Below are positions 20,570 through 30,044 of a DNA stretch of 64,000 nucleotides, one piece after another. Position numbers and translations under genes: made by a program. Under the pieces are notes generated by a model. It worked only from the letters and a program-made list of their open reading frames with translations. It did not search any database and was not told the origin of the DNA. This DNA comes from Myxococcota bacterium (GTDB taxonomy: Bacteria; Myxococcota_A; Bradymonadia; UBA7976; UBA1532). The stretch lies in NCBI GenBank assembly GCA_023150895.1, contig JAKLJY010000020.1, forward strand, positions 2,092 to 66,091. Reading direction: 5' to 3'. The stretch's first letter is position 1. Each line of letters opens with the position of its first letter.

Positions 20570-23038
20570 ATGCCCAAGTCGATCGCCGCGCGCCTCCTTC
20601 GTCTGCTGCCGTTCTTGCCCGTCGCCGCGGTTGCCGCGCCCATCGACGGGGTCCAGAACATGACCACGCAGGCGGCCTGCGACCCCAACCTCGGGCACCT
20701 GCGCATGGCCCTGGACGCATGGGGCGCCTTCGGCAGCAACGTCGCCCGCCGGGTGGACGCGCTCTACGACCCGGTGGACGCCCCCGACCGCGGACCGAAT
20801 GGCACCGTTTTCGAGAGCATGCCGTTTCTCTGCCAGGTGCAGGGGGGGGAAGCCACGGGGCAATGGCTCGAGGAAGGTCGCCTCGGCGGCGCTGCGCCGG
20901 CGCGGACGGATGGCGAAGGCAATCGCCTGACGAGCACGTTCGTCGTCAACGGCATCGAGGTCCGACTCGACGCCGAACTCGACTGCAACCTGCTGACGCA
21001 GTGCTACACCTTCACGAACCTCAGCGGCGCCCGACTCGATACCGTCGAACTCACCCCATACATCGACGGAGACCTCTACTTCGAGGGTGACTACACCAAC
21101 GACTTCGGCGGGACGGGGGCGGGGCGGCCACGCACGCTCTTCGAGTTCGACGAGGGCGATGACCCACAGCGACCGACCACCTACCTGGCACTCTTCGGGG
21201 CCGATCCGGACGACCGGCATCTCCTGAACTGGGAGATCGGAGAGTATGCCGAGAGCCGCCGCCGCATCGCGAACATCGCGAACGGGTGCTCCCCCCTTCG
21301 AGGCCTCATCGGCGACGAGGCCGGGGCGAGCACCGACGCGAACGGCGACCTCGTCACGGACGGCTATTACGATGTGACGCTCAGCCTTCGATTCGGCGTC
21401 GGGCCACTCGAGGATGGCGAGATGTCGCCCGCCATCTGCTACCAGATTCAGTGGGGCGTCGGATTGCAGTGCAGCGACGAGGACCAGGACCAGGTCTGCG
21501 TCGTCGAGGACAACTGCCCGACGGTCGCGAACCCCGACCAGGAGGACTTCGACCGCGACGGCCTCGGCGACGTCTGCGACAACTGCCCCCTCGTGCCCAA
21601 CGAAGACCAGGCCAACGCCGACGGCGACGCACAAGGGGACGTATGTGACGTGTGCGTCGAGCCCGCCCCCGAGGTGTGCAACGGCCTCGACGACGACTGC
21701 GACAACCAGACCGACGAGGACCTCGGCGGCGACGCCTGCGAGACGGGGTTTCCGGGGGTGTGCGGACCGGGGCTCCAGATCTGCCGCGGGGTCGACGGGT
21801 TTGCGTGCGAGCCCGCAGTGACGGCGTCCCCGGAGGTTTGTGATGGGCTCGACAACGACTGCAACGGCGCCATCGACGACGCGCTCGCCCTCGAGGCGGA
21901 CTGCGCGACGGGACAGCCCGGCGTCTGTGGGGCGGGACAAACCGCCTGCGTGGAGGGGGCGGTCGTCTGTGAGGCCCTCGGGATGCCGGAAGCCGAGGTC
22001 TGCGACGGCGCCGACAACAACTGCGACGGGGTCATCGACGAAGGCACGCGCAACGCGTGTGGTCGCTGCGGTGATGTGCCGGCCGAGGTGTGCGACGGGC
22101 TCGACGACGACTGCGACGGCGTCGTCGACGACGAGGCCCCGTGTCCCGAGGGACAGACGTGCGCGGCCGGACGATGTGCCGATCCGTGCACCAACTTCGA
22201 GTGCGGCGGCGTTTTCACCTGCGTCGAAGGGCTCTGTCTGCTGCCGTGCGAAGTGACCCCCTGCGCGGAGGGCGAGACCTGCAGTCCCGAGTCCGGCCTC
22301 TGTGACGACCCGTGTGCGCAGGTGGCCTGTGACGCGGGGGAGGTCTGCCTCGACGGGGCCTGCGTGCTCGACGACTGCTACCACACCGGCTGCGCAGAAG
22401 GGCTGCTTTGCCTCGACGCGGCGTGCGTCGACGACCCGTGCGCGGACGTGACCTGTGACCCCGGCGCCTTCTGTCGCGGCGGGCGTTGTGTCGGGTCCTG
22501 CGCCGAGGTCGCCTGCGCGGCGGGCGAGACCTGCGTCGACGGCGCCTGCACCGCGGATGCGTGTGCCGGTGTGACCTGCGCCCCCGGCGAACGCTGCACC
22601 GACGGTGCCTGCGCGCCCGACGCCTGTGCCGGCGTCCGTTGCGACATCGGTCGACGCTGCATCGACGGAGCCTGCGTCGACGATCCCTGCACCGGCGTCC
22701 GCTGTGCGGCCGGCTCGGTCTGCGTCGTCCGTGCAGGCACGGCGCAGTGCGTCCTCGAAGAGAACGTGGAGCCGGAGCCGTCGATGCCGGATGCCGGGCC
22801 GGCGCCGGACGCCGGGCCCGACGCGCCGTCGTCGCTCGATCAGGGGGTCACGGTCGTGGACGGCACCCTGACGCCGCCGCCGGAGCGGGACGCCGGAGCG
22901 CCCGACGCGCAGGCCGCGGTCCCGGGCGAAGCGGCGAGCGGGTGCGCGTGCCGGCAACCATCCGGAAGCCCCGGCAGCGCAGCCGTGTCTCTGATCGGCT
23001 TCGCCCTCTTGGCTGTGCGCCGGCGGCGACGACGCTGA
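20570..23038 (+). CDS. Secreted cysteine-rich cell-surface protein: novel ~290-aa N-domain, thrombospondin type-3 Ca-binding repeats, MopE-type and CxxDxC repeats, MYXO-CTERM sorting signal
   Basis: Signal peptide [24 protein letters not shown] (ATG 20570, GGAG RBS); TSP3 repeats [40 protein letters not shown]; repeated [15 protein letters not shown] / [14 protein letters not shown] motifs; ~10 copies of C..DPC..V.C..GE.C.DGAC; C-terminal [32 protein letters not shown] (GC motif, TM helix, Arg tail). Confidence 0.8.
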   Translation: MPKSIAARLLRLLPFLPVAAVAAPIDGVQNMTTQAACDPNLGHLRMALDAWGAFGSNVARRVDALYDPVDAPDRGPNGTVFESMPFLCQVQGGEATGQWLEEGRLGGAAPARTDGEGNRLTSTFVVNGIEVRLDAELDCNLLTQCYTFTNLSGARLDTVELTPYIDGDLYFEGDYTNDFGGTGAGRPRTLFEFDEGDDPQRPTTYLALFGADPDDRHLLNWEIGEYAESRRRIANIANGCSPLRGLIGDEAGASTDANGDLVTDGYYDVTLSLRFGVGPLEDGEMSPAICYQIQWGVGLQCSDEDQDQVCVVEDNCPTVANPDQEDFDRDGLGDVCDNCPLVPNEDQANADGDAQGDVCDVCVEPAPEVCNGLDDDCDNQTDEDLGGDACETGFPGVCGPGLQICRGVDGFACEPAVTASPEVCDGLDNDCNGAIDDALALEADCATGQPGVCGAGQTACVEGAVVCEALGMPEAEVCDGADNNCDGVIDEGTRNACGRCGDVPAEVCDGLDDDCDGVVDDEAPCPEGQTCAAGRCADPCTNFECGGVFTCVEGLCLLPCEVTPCAEGETCSPESGLCDDPCAQVACDAGEVCLDGACVLDDCYHTGCAEGLLCLDAACVDDPCADVTCDPGAFCRGGRCVGSCAEVACAAGETCVDGACTADACAGVTCAPGERCTDGACAPDACAGVRCDIGRRCIDGACVDDPCTGVRCAAGSVCVVRAGTAQCVLEENVEPEPSMPDAGPAPDAGPDAPSSLDQGVTVVDGTLTPPPERDAGAPDAQAAVPGEAASGCACRQPSGSPGSAAVSLIGFALLAVRRRRRR

Positions 23039-23059
23039 GGTCCCCGACCCCGACGGGGC

Positions 23060-23425
23060 TCAGGCCTCGTCCTCTCCGTGAAAGATCGGGTCGCGCGTCG
23101 CCTTCGAGGAGAGGTTGAAGTACTGGAGGAGACCCCAGACATCGATCGGCCTCAGAGCGTCGAACGCCACGCCAATCCCGGCGCCGGACTCGCCCGTCGC
23201 GCGGCTCCACATGACGCGGCCCTGAGCGACGACGGTCATCCGGGGTTGCGGCAGCTCGAGTTCGACGGTGACCGGCGCGTCGAACGCCGGTTCCATCTCG
23301 GCCATTGCGAAGACGCCCCCGAGCCCGATGTTGACCGTCACCCCGGAGACCGTCTGCTCGCCGACGGTCAGCTTGACCGGCAGCTCGCGGTCGAATCGGC
23401 CGAAGCGACGCCGAACGGTGGACAT
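23060..23425 (-). CDS. Small stand-alone PilZ-domain protein
   Basis: 121 aa with RRRFGRFDRELP (RxxxR) and NIGLGGVF (D/NxSxGG) motifs; GGGGAGGG RBS upstream. Confidence 0.7.
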   Translation of the reverse strand: MSTVRRRFGRFDRELPVKLTVGEQTVSGVTVNIGLGGVFAMAEMEPAFDAPVTVELELPQPRMTVVAQGRVMWSRATGESGAGIGVAFDALRPIDVWGLLQYFNLSSKATRDPIFHGEDEA

Positions 23426-23757
23426 CCCAATCCCTCCCCATCACGCGGTTGCAAAGGCGGCGACCGCCGGTCTCGACCCGCGCTCACCGCCCTCCTAAAT
23501 CGACCGGCGCGCGTCCGAAGTCAAGGGGGGGCAGGCAACCTTCGACGCACGCCGACGGGGCTTCGGCGTCCGGCGACGTGAGACGGAGCCGGCCCGGGAC
23601 GCCGGCGCTTTCGGCGGCCGGCCCCTTGCGACTAAGATGGCGCCGAATTCGGATTCGAACGCCGGAAGCGGACGCGCGGCGCCGATGGAGACGTCGGCGC
23701 CCGGTGCCCGGCCCCGCGGCGTTTGGCCGCCATCCACGCCGGGCGCAGGAGGCCAGT

Positions 23758-26235
23758 TTGTTGTTCTCGAATCGTGACTCTCGCGTCGACACCGGACGCG
23801 TCTTCGGCCTCATCTTCGCCCTCGCGGTGCTGGTCGTGGCCGTGAGCGGCTGCGCCGATGTCTCGGAAAACGGCGCCGACGCTGCGACCCGGCCGGAGCG
23901 CGACGCAGCCCCCAGGGAGTGCGACACGGATGCGGACTGCGTCCTCGGCACCTGTGAGCCGAACTCCGGACGGTGCATCCTCCCGCCGGGTCGCTGCCGC
24001 ACGCAAGACGACTGCCCGCTCGGGGAGCGGTGCGAGATTGCCGAGGGCGTGTGCGTGCCGCTCGAGACCGACTGCCGCGTCTCCGGGACGTGCCCGGAGA
24101 CCGAGTACTGCGACCCGCAGTCGGGTCGCTGCCGACCCTTCGGCAAGTCCCCCTGCGCCCGGTGCGAACTCGACGAGGAGTGCGCGGGCACGGGGGCGGC
24201 CTGCGTCGAACTCGCCGATGGCCGCTTCTGCGCGCGTGCGTGCGAAGACGACGCCGGGTGCGAGGTCGGCTTTCGCTGTGCCGAGGGCCACTGCGTACCG
24301 CCGGACCGCCTCTGCGGGCCGCGTGAGGCCTGCGCGGCCGTGACGTGCCCCGCCGGTCAGATCTGCGACCCGATGCGGGCCCGCTGCACGGCGGCCTGCA
24401 ATGCGGAAAACGACACGTGTCCCCCTCCCGCCCGATGCCGCCCGGAGCTCGGGGGCCTCTGCCGACAGTGCGTCGAGGATACCGAGTGTGGCGAGTCTCG
24501 CCACTGTGACGCCACGCGCGGCGTCTGCGTCGACTGCGTGGCGCCGGAGCACTGCGCGGTCGGCATGTGCGACCTTGCGCGCGGTCGATGTGTGGAGTGC
24601 ACCGAGGACGCCCAGTGCTCGGGGGGCCGGTGCGACCGCGCCACCAACCTCTGCGTCGCGTGTCTCGGAGACGAGGACTGCCCGGGCGGCGTCTGCCTCG
24701 CGAGCACGCATGCCTGTGTCGAGTGCCGCGGCCGGCAGCAGTGCGCCGAAAACGAAGTCTGCAACCCCGCGACGAACACCTGCGTGGCCTGTGCCGGGGA
24801 CGGCGACTGCCTCGGCGGGCGGATCTGCGATGCCGCCCGGGGTGTCTGCGTCGACTGCGCGCTCGACGAGCACTGCGGTGGCGGTGTCTGTGACGCGGCG
24901 ACGAATACCTGCGTCGGCTGCCGGGCAGACGGGGACTGCCCCGACGGCCGCTGCGACCCTGCGGCTTCGCAGTGTGTCGGCTGCCTCGACGACGCCGATT
25001 GTCCGGAGGCCCGCTGTCACCCCGCGCGCCGCGTCTGCACCACCTGCTTCGACGACGCTCACTGTGCGACGGGCGTCTGTGAAGACGAGACGTGCGTCGC
25101 CTGCCGGGCCGATGTCGACTGCGGCGGTGTCGCGACCTGCGACGACGACCACCGTTGCGTGGGCTGCGCAATCGACGAGGACTGCGGCCAGGGGCGACGC
25201 TGCCTCGAAGCCGTTTGTGTGGACTGCGCCGCCGACGCCGATTGCCCGATGGGGCGCGTGTGCAGCGCCGTCGGCGCCTGCGTCGAGTGCACCGAAGACG
25301 CGCAGTGTCCGGGCGGACGCTGTCGGGTCGCGGAGGGGCGTTGCGCCCCGTGCCTGGAAGACGCGGACTGTGGTGCGGGGTTGCACTGCGATCCGGTCTC
25401 CGGGTGCGTGGCCTGTTTCGAGGACGCACACTGCCCGGACGGGGGGCGCTGCGTGGTCGAGGCGCACCGTTGCACGGAGTGTCTGGCCGACGGCGACTGT
25501 GCCGCCGGCGAACGCTGCGGCCTGGATCAGGCGTGCCACCGCTGCCTGGAGAACCGCGATTGCCCGGCGGGCCAGGTCTGCGACCGCGAGGGCGACGCGT
25601 GCGTCGGGTGTGTGGTCGACGCGGACTGCGCCCCCGGCGTCTGCAACGTCGCGACGCGTACCTGTGCCCGGTGCCGCGTGGACGCGGACTGCCCCGGGCA
25701 GCGCTGCGACGTGGCCAACAACCGCTGCGTCGACTGCGTGAACTCGGCACAGTGCTCCGGCGACACGCCGACCTGTGACGCGGCCTCCGGCACGTGCGTC
25801 GCCTGCGTCGACGACGGGGACTGTCCCAACGGTGTCTGCGGCCGCGACCGGACGTGTGTCGGCTGCGAGGCGGACGCCGACTGCCCGGCGGGACGACCGT
25901 TCTGCCTGCCGATTCTGCAGACCTGCACGGAGTGCCGTGCCGACGCCGACTGCGGGGGCGGCGAGGTCTGCAATGAGGCCATCGGGCGCTGCGTCCCGCC
26001 GGAGGACATCTGTGGCGCCGACGCCGATTGCGGCGCGAACCGGCGCTGCGACGTTCTGCAGTCGCGGTGTTACCGGGCCGACGGGCAATGCGCCGCCGAC
26101 GCCGACTGTCGCCCCAACCACACCTGTGATCGCTTCGTCGGCCTGTGTATGGGCTGCGGTGTTCTCCCCCTGCCCTTTCTGGTCTGCCCCGACCGGCAGG
26201 TCTGCTTCCTCGACCACTGTGCCCCCCTGGAGTGA
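23758..26235 (+). CDS. Lipoprotein with ~25 tandem 4-Cys modules (CxxCxxDxDCxxGxC, ~22 aa each); probable TTG start
   Basis: AGGAGG at 23747-23752 followed by in-frame TTG 23758 and TTG 23761; lipoprotein signal RVFGLIFALAVLVVAVSGC; body is an almost pure array of Cys-rich repeats; the track ORF from 23449 carries ~100 aa of Arg-rich non-coding-like extension. Confidence 0.7.
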   Translation: MLFSNRDSRVDTGRVFGLIFALAVLVVAVSGCADVSENGADAATRPERDAAPRECDTDADCVLGTCEPNSGRCILPPGRCRTQDDCPLGERCEIAEGVCVPLETDCRVSGTCPETEYCDPQSGRCRPFGKSPCARCELDEECAGTGAACVELADGRFCARACEDDAGCEVGFRCAEGHCVPPDRLCGPREACAAVTCPAGQICDPMRARCTAACNAENDTCPPPARCRPELGGLCRQCVEDTECGESRHCDATRGVCVDCVAPEHCAVGMCDLARGRCVECTEDAQCSGGRCDRATNLCVACLGDEDCPGGVCLASTHACVECRGRQQCAENEVCNPATNTCVACAGDGDCLGGRICDAARGVCVDCALDEHCGGGVCDAATNTCVGCRADGDCPDGRCDPAASQCVGCLDDADCPEARCHPARRVCTTCFDDAHCATGVCEDETCVACRADVDCGGVATCDDDHRCVGCAIDEDCGQGRRCLEAVCVDCAADADCPMGRVCSAVGACVECTEDAQCPGGRCRVAEGRCAPCLEDADCGAGLHCDPVSGCVACFEDAHCPDGGRCVVEAHRCTECLADGDCAAGERCGLDQACHRCLENRDCPAGQVCDREGDACVGCVVDADCAPGVCNVATRTCARCRVDADCPGQRCDVANNRCVDCVNSAQCSGDTPTCDAASGTCVACVDDGDCPNGVCGRDRTCVGCEADADCPAGRPFCLPILQTCTECRADADCGGGEVCNEAIGRCVPPEDICGADADCGANRRCDVLQSRCYRADGQCAADADCRPNHTCDRFVGLCMGCGVLPLPFLVCPDRQVCFLDHCAPLE
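24390..26015 (+). repeat. In-frame tandem DNA repeats encoding the 4-Cys modules of the lipoprotein gene
   Basis: Recurring tgc/tgt...gac...gactgc periodicity (~66 nt) visible across ~1.6 kb, e.g. repeated 'gactgcccgg', 'tgcgtcgactgc', 'gacgcggactg'. Confidence 0.5.
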
Positions 26236-26243
26236 GCCACCCC

Positions 26244-28103
26244 ATGGCCCGTCCGAAAAGCGGCCTCGCCGCGACCCTGGCCGCCGCCGTCCTTGCCGTC
26301 GGCTGCAGCGACGACGTCGGCCTGAGCGCGCCGGCCCTCCCTTGTCCCGGCCCGGGTTGCCCGGCGGTCGACGCCGGTCCGGACGCCAGCCCGCCGGTCG
26401 ACGCGGCCTGCGTGCCGCGCGGCGAGACGTGCAACGGCCGGGACGACGACTGCGACGGCGAGGTCGACGAGTCGTTTCCCGAAGCCGGGGCCTGCGGCTC
26501 CGACGTCGGCGCGTGCCGTGTCGGCGAACGGTTGTGCCGTGAGGGCGCTCTCGTCTGCGAGGGGGGCATCGCCCCCGCGGCGGAGACCTGCAACGGAGAG
26601 GACGACGACTGCAACGGACTCGTCGATGACGCGGTCGTGCTGCCGCCCGAGGCGTGCGGGGCCCCGGACGCCTGCGGCCCGGCGCCCGCCACCTGTGCCA
26701 ACGGCGCGGTCGAGTGCCCCCCCCGGCGGATGCCTGCACCAGAAACGTGCAACGGCGTCGACGACGACTGTGACGGCCAGGCGGACAACGATCTGCCGGC
26801 GGCCGACGGGGTCGGCCAGGCCTGCGGCTCGGCCACGGGGATCTGCCGCCCGGGCGTTCGGGCGTGCCGAGACGGCGTTCTGGTCTGCGAGGGCGAGGCG
26901 CCGCCGACGGCCGAGGTGTGCAACGCCCTCGACGACGACTGCAACGGTGCGGTCGACGACGCGCCCGTCGACGCCGACCAGGCCTGCGGGGACGGGGCGC
27001 TGTGTGCGGCCGGCCGAACCGTCTGCGAAGGCGGCGCCCTGCGCTGCGAGGGGGCCCGCCCGGCTTCGGACGAGGTCTGCAACGGGGTCGACGATGACTG
27101 CGACGGTGAGACGGACGAGGCCGATCCGATGCTCGGCGCCCCCTGCGGCATCGAAGTGGGCGCGTGTACCCCTGGTGAGATCCGGTGTGTCGCCGGCGGA
27201 TTGCTGTGCTTCGGCGGCGTCTCACCCACCGACGAGTCGTGCGACGGCGAGGACAACGACTGTGACGGGGAGACCGACGAGGCCGACGATGTGCGCGGGG
27301 GCATCCCGTGTCCCGGACAGGGGGATGCCTGTGAGGGCCGGGACCAATGCGGCCCCGACCGTCTTTGCGTCGACGACTACGGCCAGCGCTACTGCACCGC
27401 TGCGTGCGACGGTGAGGCCGACTGCGAGGCCGGTTACGCCTGCCGCGCCCTCGGCCAGAGTCGGGTGTGTCGTCGGACGTACCCCCCCTGTGTCGCCGAC
27501 GCCGAGTGTGCGGCCGGCGAGCACTGTATGTTCGTCGGTTCGTCGCCCGATCCCGCCCGCCTCGCCGCGGAGTGCCGCCCTGCGCTCGCCGACGCGCTGC
27601 CCCTCGGGGCGGGGTGCGGCGGCGATGGGGCGGTCTGCTCGACGGGCCTCTGCCTCGGTCCCCTCGACTACTGCAGTGCGCTCTGCGACGCGTCGCTGAG
27701 CTGCGGCCCGGGCTTCGCGTGCATCCGGACGCCCTTCGTGACGTCGGGCGGCGTCGAGGTCGAGGTGGGCCTCTGCCTGTCCGCGTGTCCGGGCGACGCC
27801 GCCTGCGACCCCGCGGGGACGGGTCGGCTCTGCCAGTACGGCCTGGCCGTGGGCGCCGAGGGCATCCTCGGGTATTGCGACGCCCCTCGCCCGGGCGGGG
27901 CGGTCGGAGACGCGTGCGACCTCGCCGCCCGACCCCCGCAGACCTGTGACCACGGATACTGCCGCGGCGACGCCGCCGGCCGCTACTGCACGCAGGGCTG
28001 CGTCGCCGACGGGGACTGCCCCCCGAACTGGACGTGCACGGCGACGCCGTTCGATACCGAGGCCGGACGATTCACCATCGGGATGTGCCGACGCCCGATC
28101 TAG
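26244..28103 (+). CDS. Lipoprotein with multiple MopE-type putative metal-binding Cys motifs and a C-terminal Cys-rich domain
   Basis: Lipobox MARPKSGLAATLAAAVLAVGCS (ATG 26244); at least 7 repeats of CNGxDDDCDGxxDE / ...GxCxxGxxxCxxG...; starts 8 nt after the previous gene. Confidence 0.75.
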   Translation: MARPKSGLAATLAAAVLAVGCSDDVGLSAPALPCPGPGCPAVDAGPDASPPVDAACVPRGETCNGRDDDCDGEVDESFPEAGACGSDVGACRVGERLCREGALVCEGGIAPAAETCNGEDDDCNGLVDDAVVLPPEACGAPDACGPAPATCANGAVECPPRRMPAPETCNGVDDDCDGQADNDLPAADGVGQACGSATGICRPGVRACRDGVLVCEGEAPPTAEVCNALDDDCNGAVDDAPVDADQACGDGALCAAGRTVCEGGALRCEGARPASDEVCNGVDDDCDGETDEADPMLGAPCGIEVGACTPGEIRCVAGGLLCFGGVSPTDESCDGEDNDCDGETDEADDVRGGIPCPGQGDACEGRDQCGPDRLCVDDYGQRYCTAACDGEADCEAGYACRALGQSRVCRRTYPPCVADAECAAGEHCMFVGSSPDPARLAAECRPALADALPLGAGCGGDGAVCSTGLCLGPLDYCSALCDASLSCGPGFACIRTPFVTSGGVEVEVGLCLSACPGDAACDPAGTGRLCQYGLAVGAEGILGYCDAPRPGGAVGDACDLAARPPQTCDHGYCRGDAAGRYCTQGCVADGDCPPNWTCTATPFDTEAGRFTIGMCRRPI

Positions 28104-28110
28104 ACGGCCG

Positions 28111-29016
28111 TCAGGTTCGTCGGCGGCGGGGACATGTGCGGCGCCCGAGGGCCGCCAGCAGGAGCAGGCCGAGGCCCGCGCCGCCGTGGCCCGGGACGGA
28201 TGCCGCCGTCACGGCGCAACCGTCGTCGCCGCCGCCGCCACCGGCGGGGGTCTCATCGGCCTGCCCTTGCCAAGGGTCGTCGACGATGTAGTCGCCGGTG
28301 ACCTCGAAGGGCTCACAGGCCGGCACGGGGGTGACGTGGGGGGAAATCTCGCAGAGGCCGGCGACGTCGTCGTCGGCGAGCGACTGCTTCGCGCGCTCGC
28401 CCGCCGGGGCGTAGGCGAACATCGTGGCGTCTTCGACCGGGGTGTGGTCGAGCCCGAGAAAGTGCCCCACTTCGTGCGTGACCGTGTTCTGGACGTCGTA
28501 CCGGACGAGCCCGGGGACGGGCGTGACCGTGAAGTCGAAGTCGACGCCGTTCATCTCGATGTCGGCGTCGAGCACCATGCCGGCCGAGTCACAGGGCGCT
28601 CCGCTCGGTGCGCTGCAATACGTGACCGTCGTCAGCGCGATGATCTTGGACTCGTGTGGCCACTCCTCTTCCTGGAACACCACCATGTTGATGTTCTTTG
28701 CGTTCGGCGTGTAGCCGACGAGCTCCACGTTCGTCAGCCCCTGCCACTCGAGCTCGGTGTCCGAGCAGTCGACTTGCTCCCATGCGGCAAACGAGCGGCG
28801 AACGGCCGTCTCGATGGGGCCGATGGCGGCGTCGTCGCTGCCGCGATTGTTCAGGTGAAACGGGATGCAGCGCCTCGGCCAGAAGATGGCCGTGCCGGCG
28901 TAGTCGCCCTTCTGGACGCGCGTCCGCACGAACCCGTGAGCGGGCCCGGCGCAGACGCCCACGGCGCCGATGACTGCGGAGAGTGCGAGCACGCGTCCGC
29001 CGCGTCCCGCGATCAT
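28111..29016 (-). CDS. Secreted metzincin zinc metalloprotease with a MYXO-CTERM sorting signal
   Basis: Signal peptide; HEVGHFLGLDH (HExxHxxGxxH) and a downstream Met-turn (ATMFAY); C-terminal DDGCAVTAASVPGHGGAGLGLLLLAALGRRTCPRRRRT. Confidence 0.8.
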   Translation of the reverse strand: MIAGRGGRVLALSAVIGAVGVCAGPAHGFVRTRVQKGDYAGTAIFWPRRCIPFHLNNRGSDDAAIGPIETAVRRSFAAWEQVDCSDTELEWQGLTNVELVGYTPNAKNINMVVFQEEEWPHESKIIALTTVTYCSAPSGAPCDSAGMVLDADIEMNGVDFDFTVTPVPGLVRYDVQNTVTHEVGHFLGLDHTPVEDATMFAYAPAGERAKQSLADDDVAGLCEISPHVTPVPACEPFEVTGDYIVDDPWQGQADETPAGGGGGDDGCAVTAASVPGHGGAGLGLLLLAALGRRTCPRRRRT

Positions 29017-29603
29017 CGGGAAGCCCCCGCGCGAAGCGCATCGCGAACCGCCTCGATGCCGACCGGCGTGCGCCCGTCGGTCGGGACCGGTCGTCCGTCC
29101 CGACCGACGAGTTCGAGTCCCGCGAGCCCCTCGACGTCGGGTGTCAGTTCGGCCCCCTTCCGGGCCGGGTCATACGCCCACTTCCCTTGCGCGAGTCCGA
29201 GCAGCGTCGGCCGTCGGTCGAGGTCCGTCAGGAACACCAGCACCTGCTCTCCGACCTCGAAACGGGCCTGCCCGGCCACGAACTGACCCACGCCGTCGAG
29301 CTCGCCCCCGTGGACGCTGAACGCGACGACCTCGGCGGTGGGAGCCGACCCGCGCGCCTTGAGCGTGACGCCCACGCGGAGCTGGACGCGCGTGTAGATG
29401 CGGCCGCGGTCACGGTAAGGCGCGACGGCCTCGACACGCCCCGCGACGATGAGCTCGGCGTCGCGCGCAAGCGCCGGCACGTCGAGGTGTGAGACCGTCG
29501 TCGCGGACGCGGTCGAAGGGGCGAGGCCGAGCGCGGGGGCCACGAGCAGCCCGACGCGGAGGGCGAGGCCGCAGAAACTTCCGGAAAACGGTGTCAAGCG
29601 CAT
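29013..29603 (-). CDS. Secreted hypothetical protein, translationally coupled to the metalloprotease gene
   Basis: Signal peptide MRLTPFSGSFCGLALRVGLLVAPALGLAPSTASA; stop overlaps the metalloprotease ATG (ATGA at 29013-29016); no recognisable domain. Confidence 0.6.
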   Translation of the reverse strand: MRLTPFSGSFCGLALRVGLLVAPALGLAPSTASATTVSHLDVPALARDAELIVAGRVEAVAPYRDRGRIYTRVQLRVGVTLKARGSAPTAEVVAFSVHGGELDGVGQFVAGQARFEVGEQVLVFLTDLDRRPTLLGLAQGKWAYDPARKGAELTPDVEGLAGLELVGRDGRPVPTDGRTPVGIEAVRDALRAGASR

Positions 29604-29625
29604 GCTCCTCGGACGATGACCACAC

Positions 29626-29695
29626 GATAACAATTCGCGGCGATCGTGGGCAGGGGCCGCGTCGGTCTTGTCGCCGCGGGCATCGATTTGTTATC
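29626..29695. promoter_or_regulatory. Nested long-range inverted repeat with AT-rich arms in a divergent intergenic region
   Basis: Outer arms GATAACAATTCG (29626-29637) and CGATTTGTTATC (29684-29695) match 11/12 as an inverted repeat; inner arms CGCGGCGA / TCGCCGCG (perfect 8 bp); AT-rich arms are conspicuous in a 70% GC background. Confidence 0.4.
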
Positions 29696-29741
29696 TGCCC
29701 CACGTCGCCCGACCCGGGCCCCGACGACGAAAGGCAGGACC

Positions 29742-30032
29742 ATGGCCGAGAAGCTCGAAGACCTCACCCTCGATTTCGAAGAGGACGGAAAGGTCGTCCG
29801 CAAGACCCACGACAAGGCGATCCTGACGAAGGGCGCCTGGAGCACCGTAGCGTTCCTGTTTTCGGAGGCCGACAAGAAGACGGGCGAACTCACGGAGCCG
29901 AAGGTCTCCATCCGGCGCTACAAGAAGCAGAACGATCAGTACCGGGAGCAGAGCAAGTTCACGATCTCGAGCGCGAACCAGGCGCGCCAGATCATCGAGG
30001 TGCTCGACCGCTGGTTCCCCGCCGGCAAATGA
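29742..30032 (+). CDS. Small Lys-rich hypothetical protein (96 aa)
   Basis: ATG 29742 preceded by aaaggcaggacc; MAEKLEDLTLDFEEDGKVVRKTHDKAILTKGAWSTVAFLF...; coding-like GC3, no recognisable domain. Confidence 0.5.
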   Translation: MAEKLEDLTLDFEEDGKVVRKTHDKAILTKGAWSTVAFLFSEADKKTGELTEPKVSIRRYKKQNDQYREQSKFTISSANQARQIIEVLDRWFPAGK

Positions 30033-30044
30033 GCCGGGCGGTCC

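Noticed and set aside
20357-22957. 866-aa minus-strand ORF antisense to the MYXO-CTERM Cys-rich gene
   Set aside because: The plus strand shows a signal peptide, TSP3 repeats and a MYXO-CTERM tail; the minus-frame product is Ala/Gly/Arg-rich nonsense.
23641-23670. tRNA T-arm-like GTTCGAATCC motif (minus strand) in the 330-bp intergenic region
   Set aside because: The flanking sequence cannot form a T-stem, acceptor stem or anticodon arm; the motif is part of a CCGAATTCGG palindrome rather than a tRNA.
23632-27304. Two ~1200-aa minus-strand ORFs (23632-27225, 23810-27304) antisense to the Cys-repeat lipoprotein genes
   Set aside because: Extremely Arg/Pro/Ser-rich products in antisense frames of repeat DNA; the plus strand has lipoprotein signals and a regular Cys periodicity.
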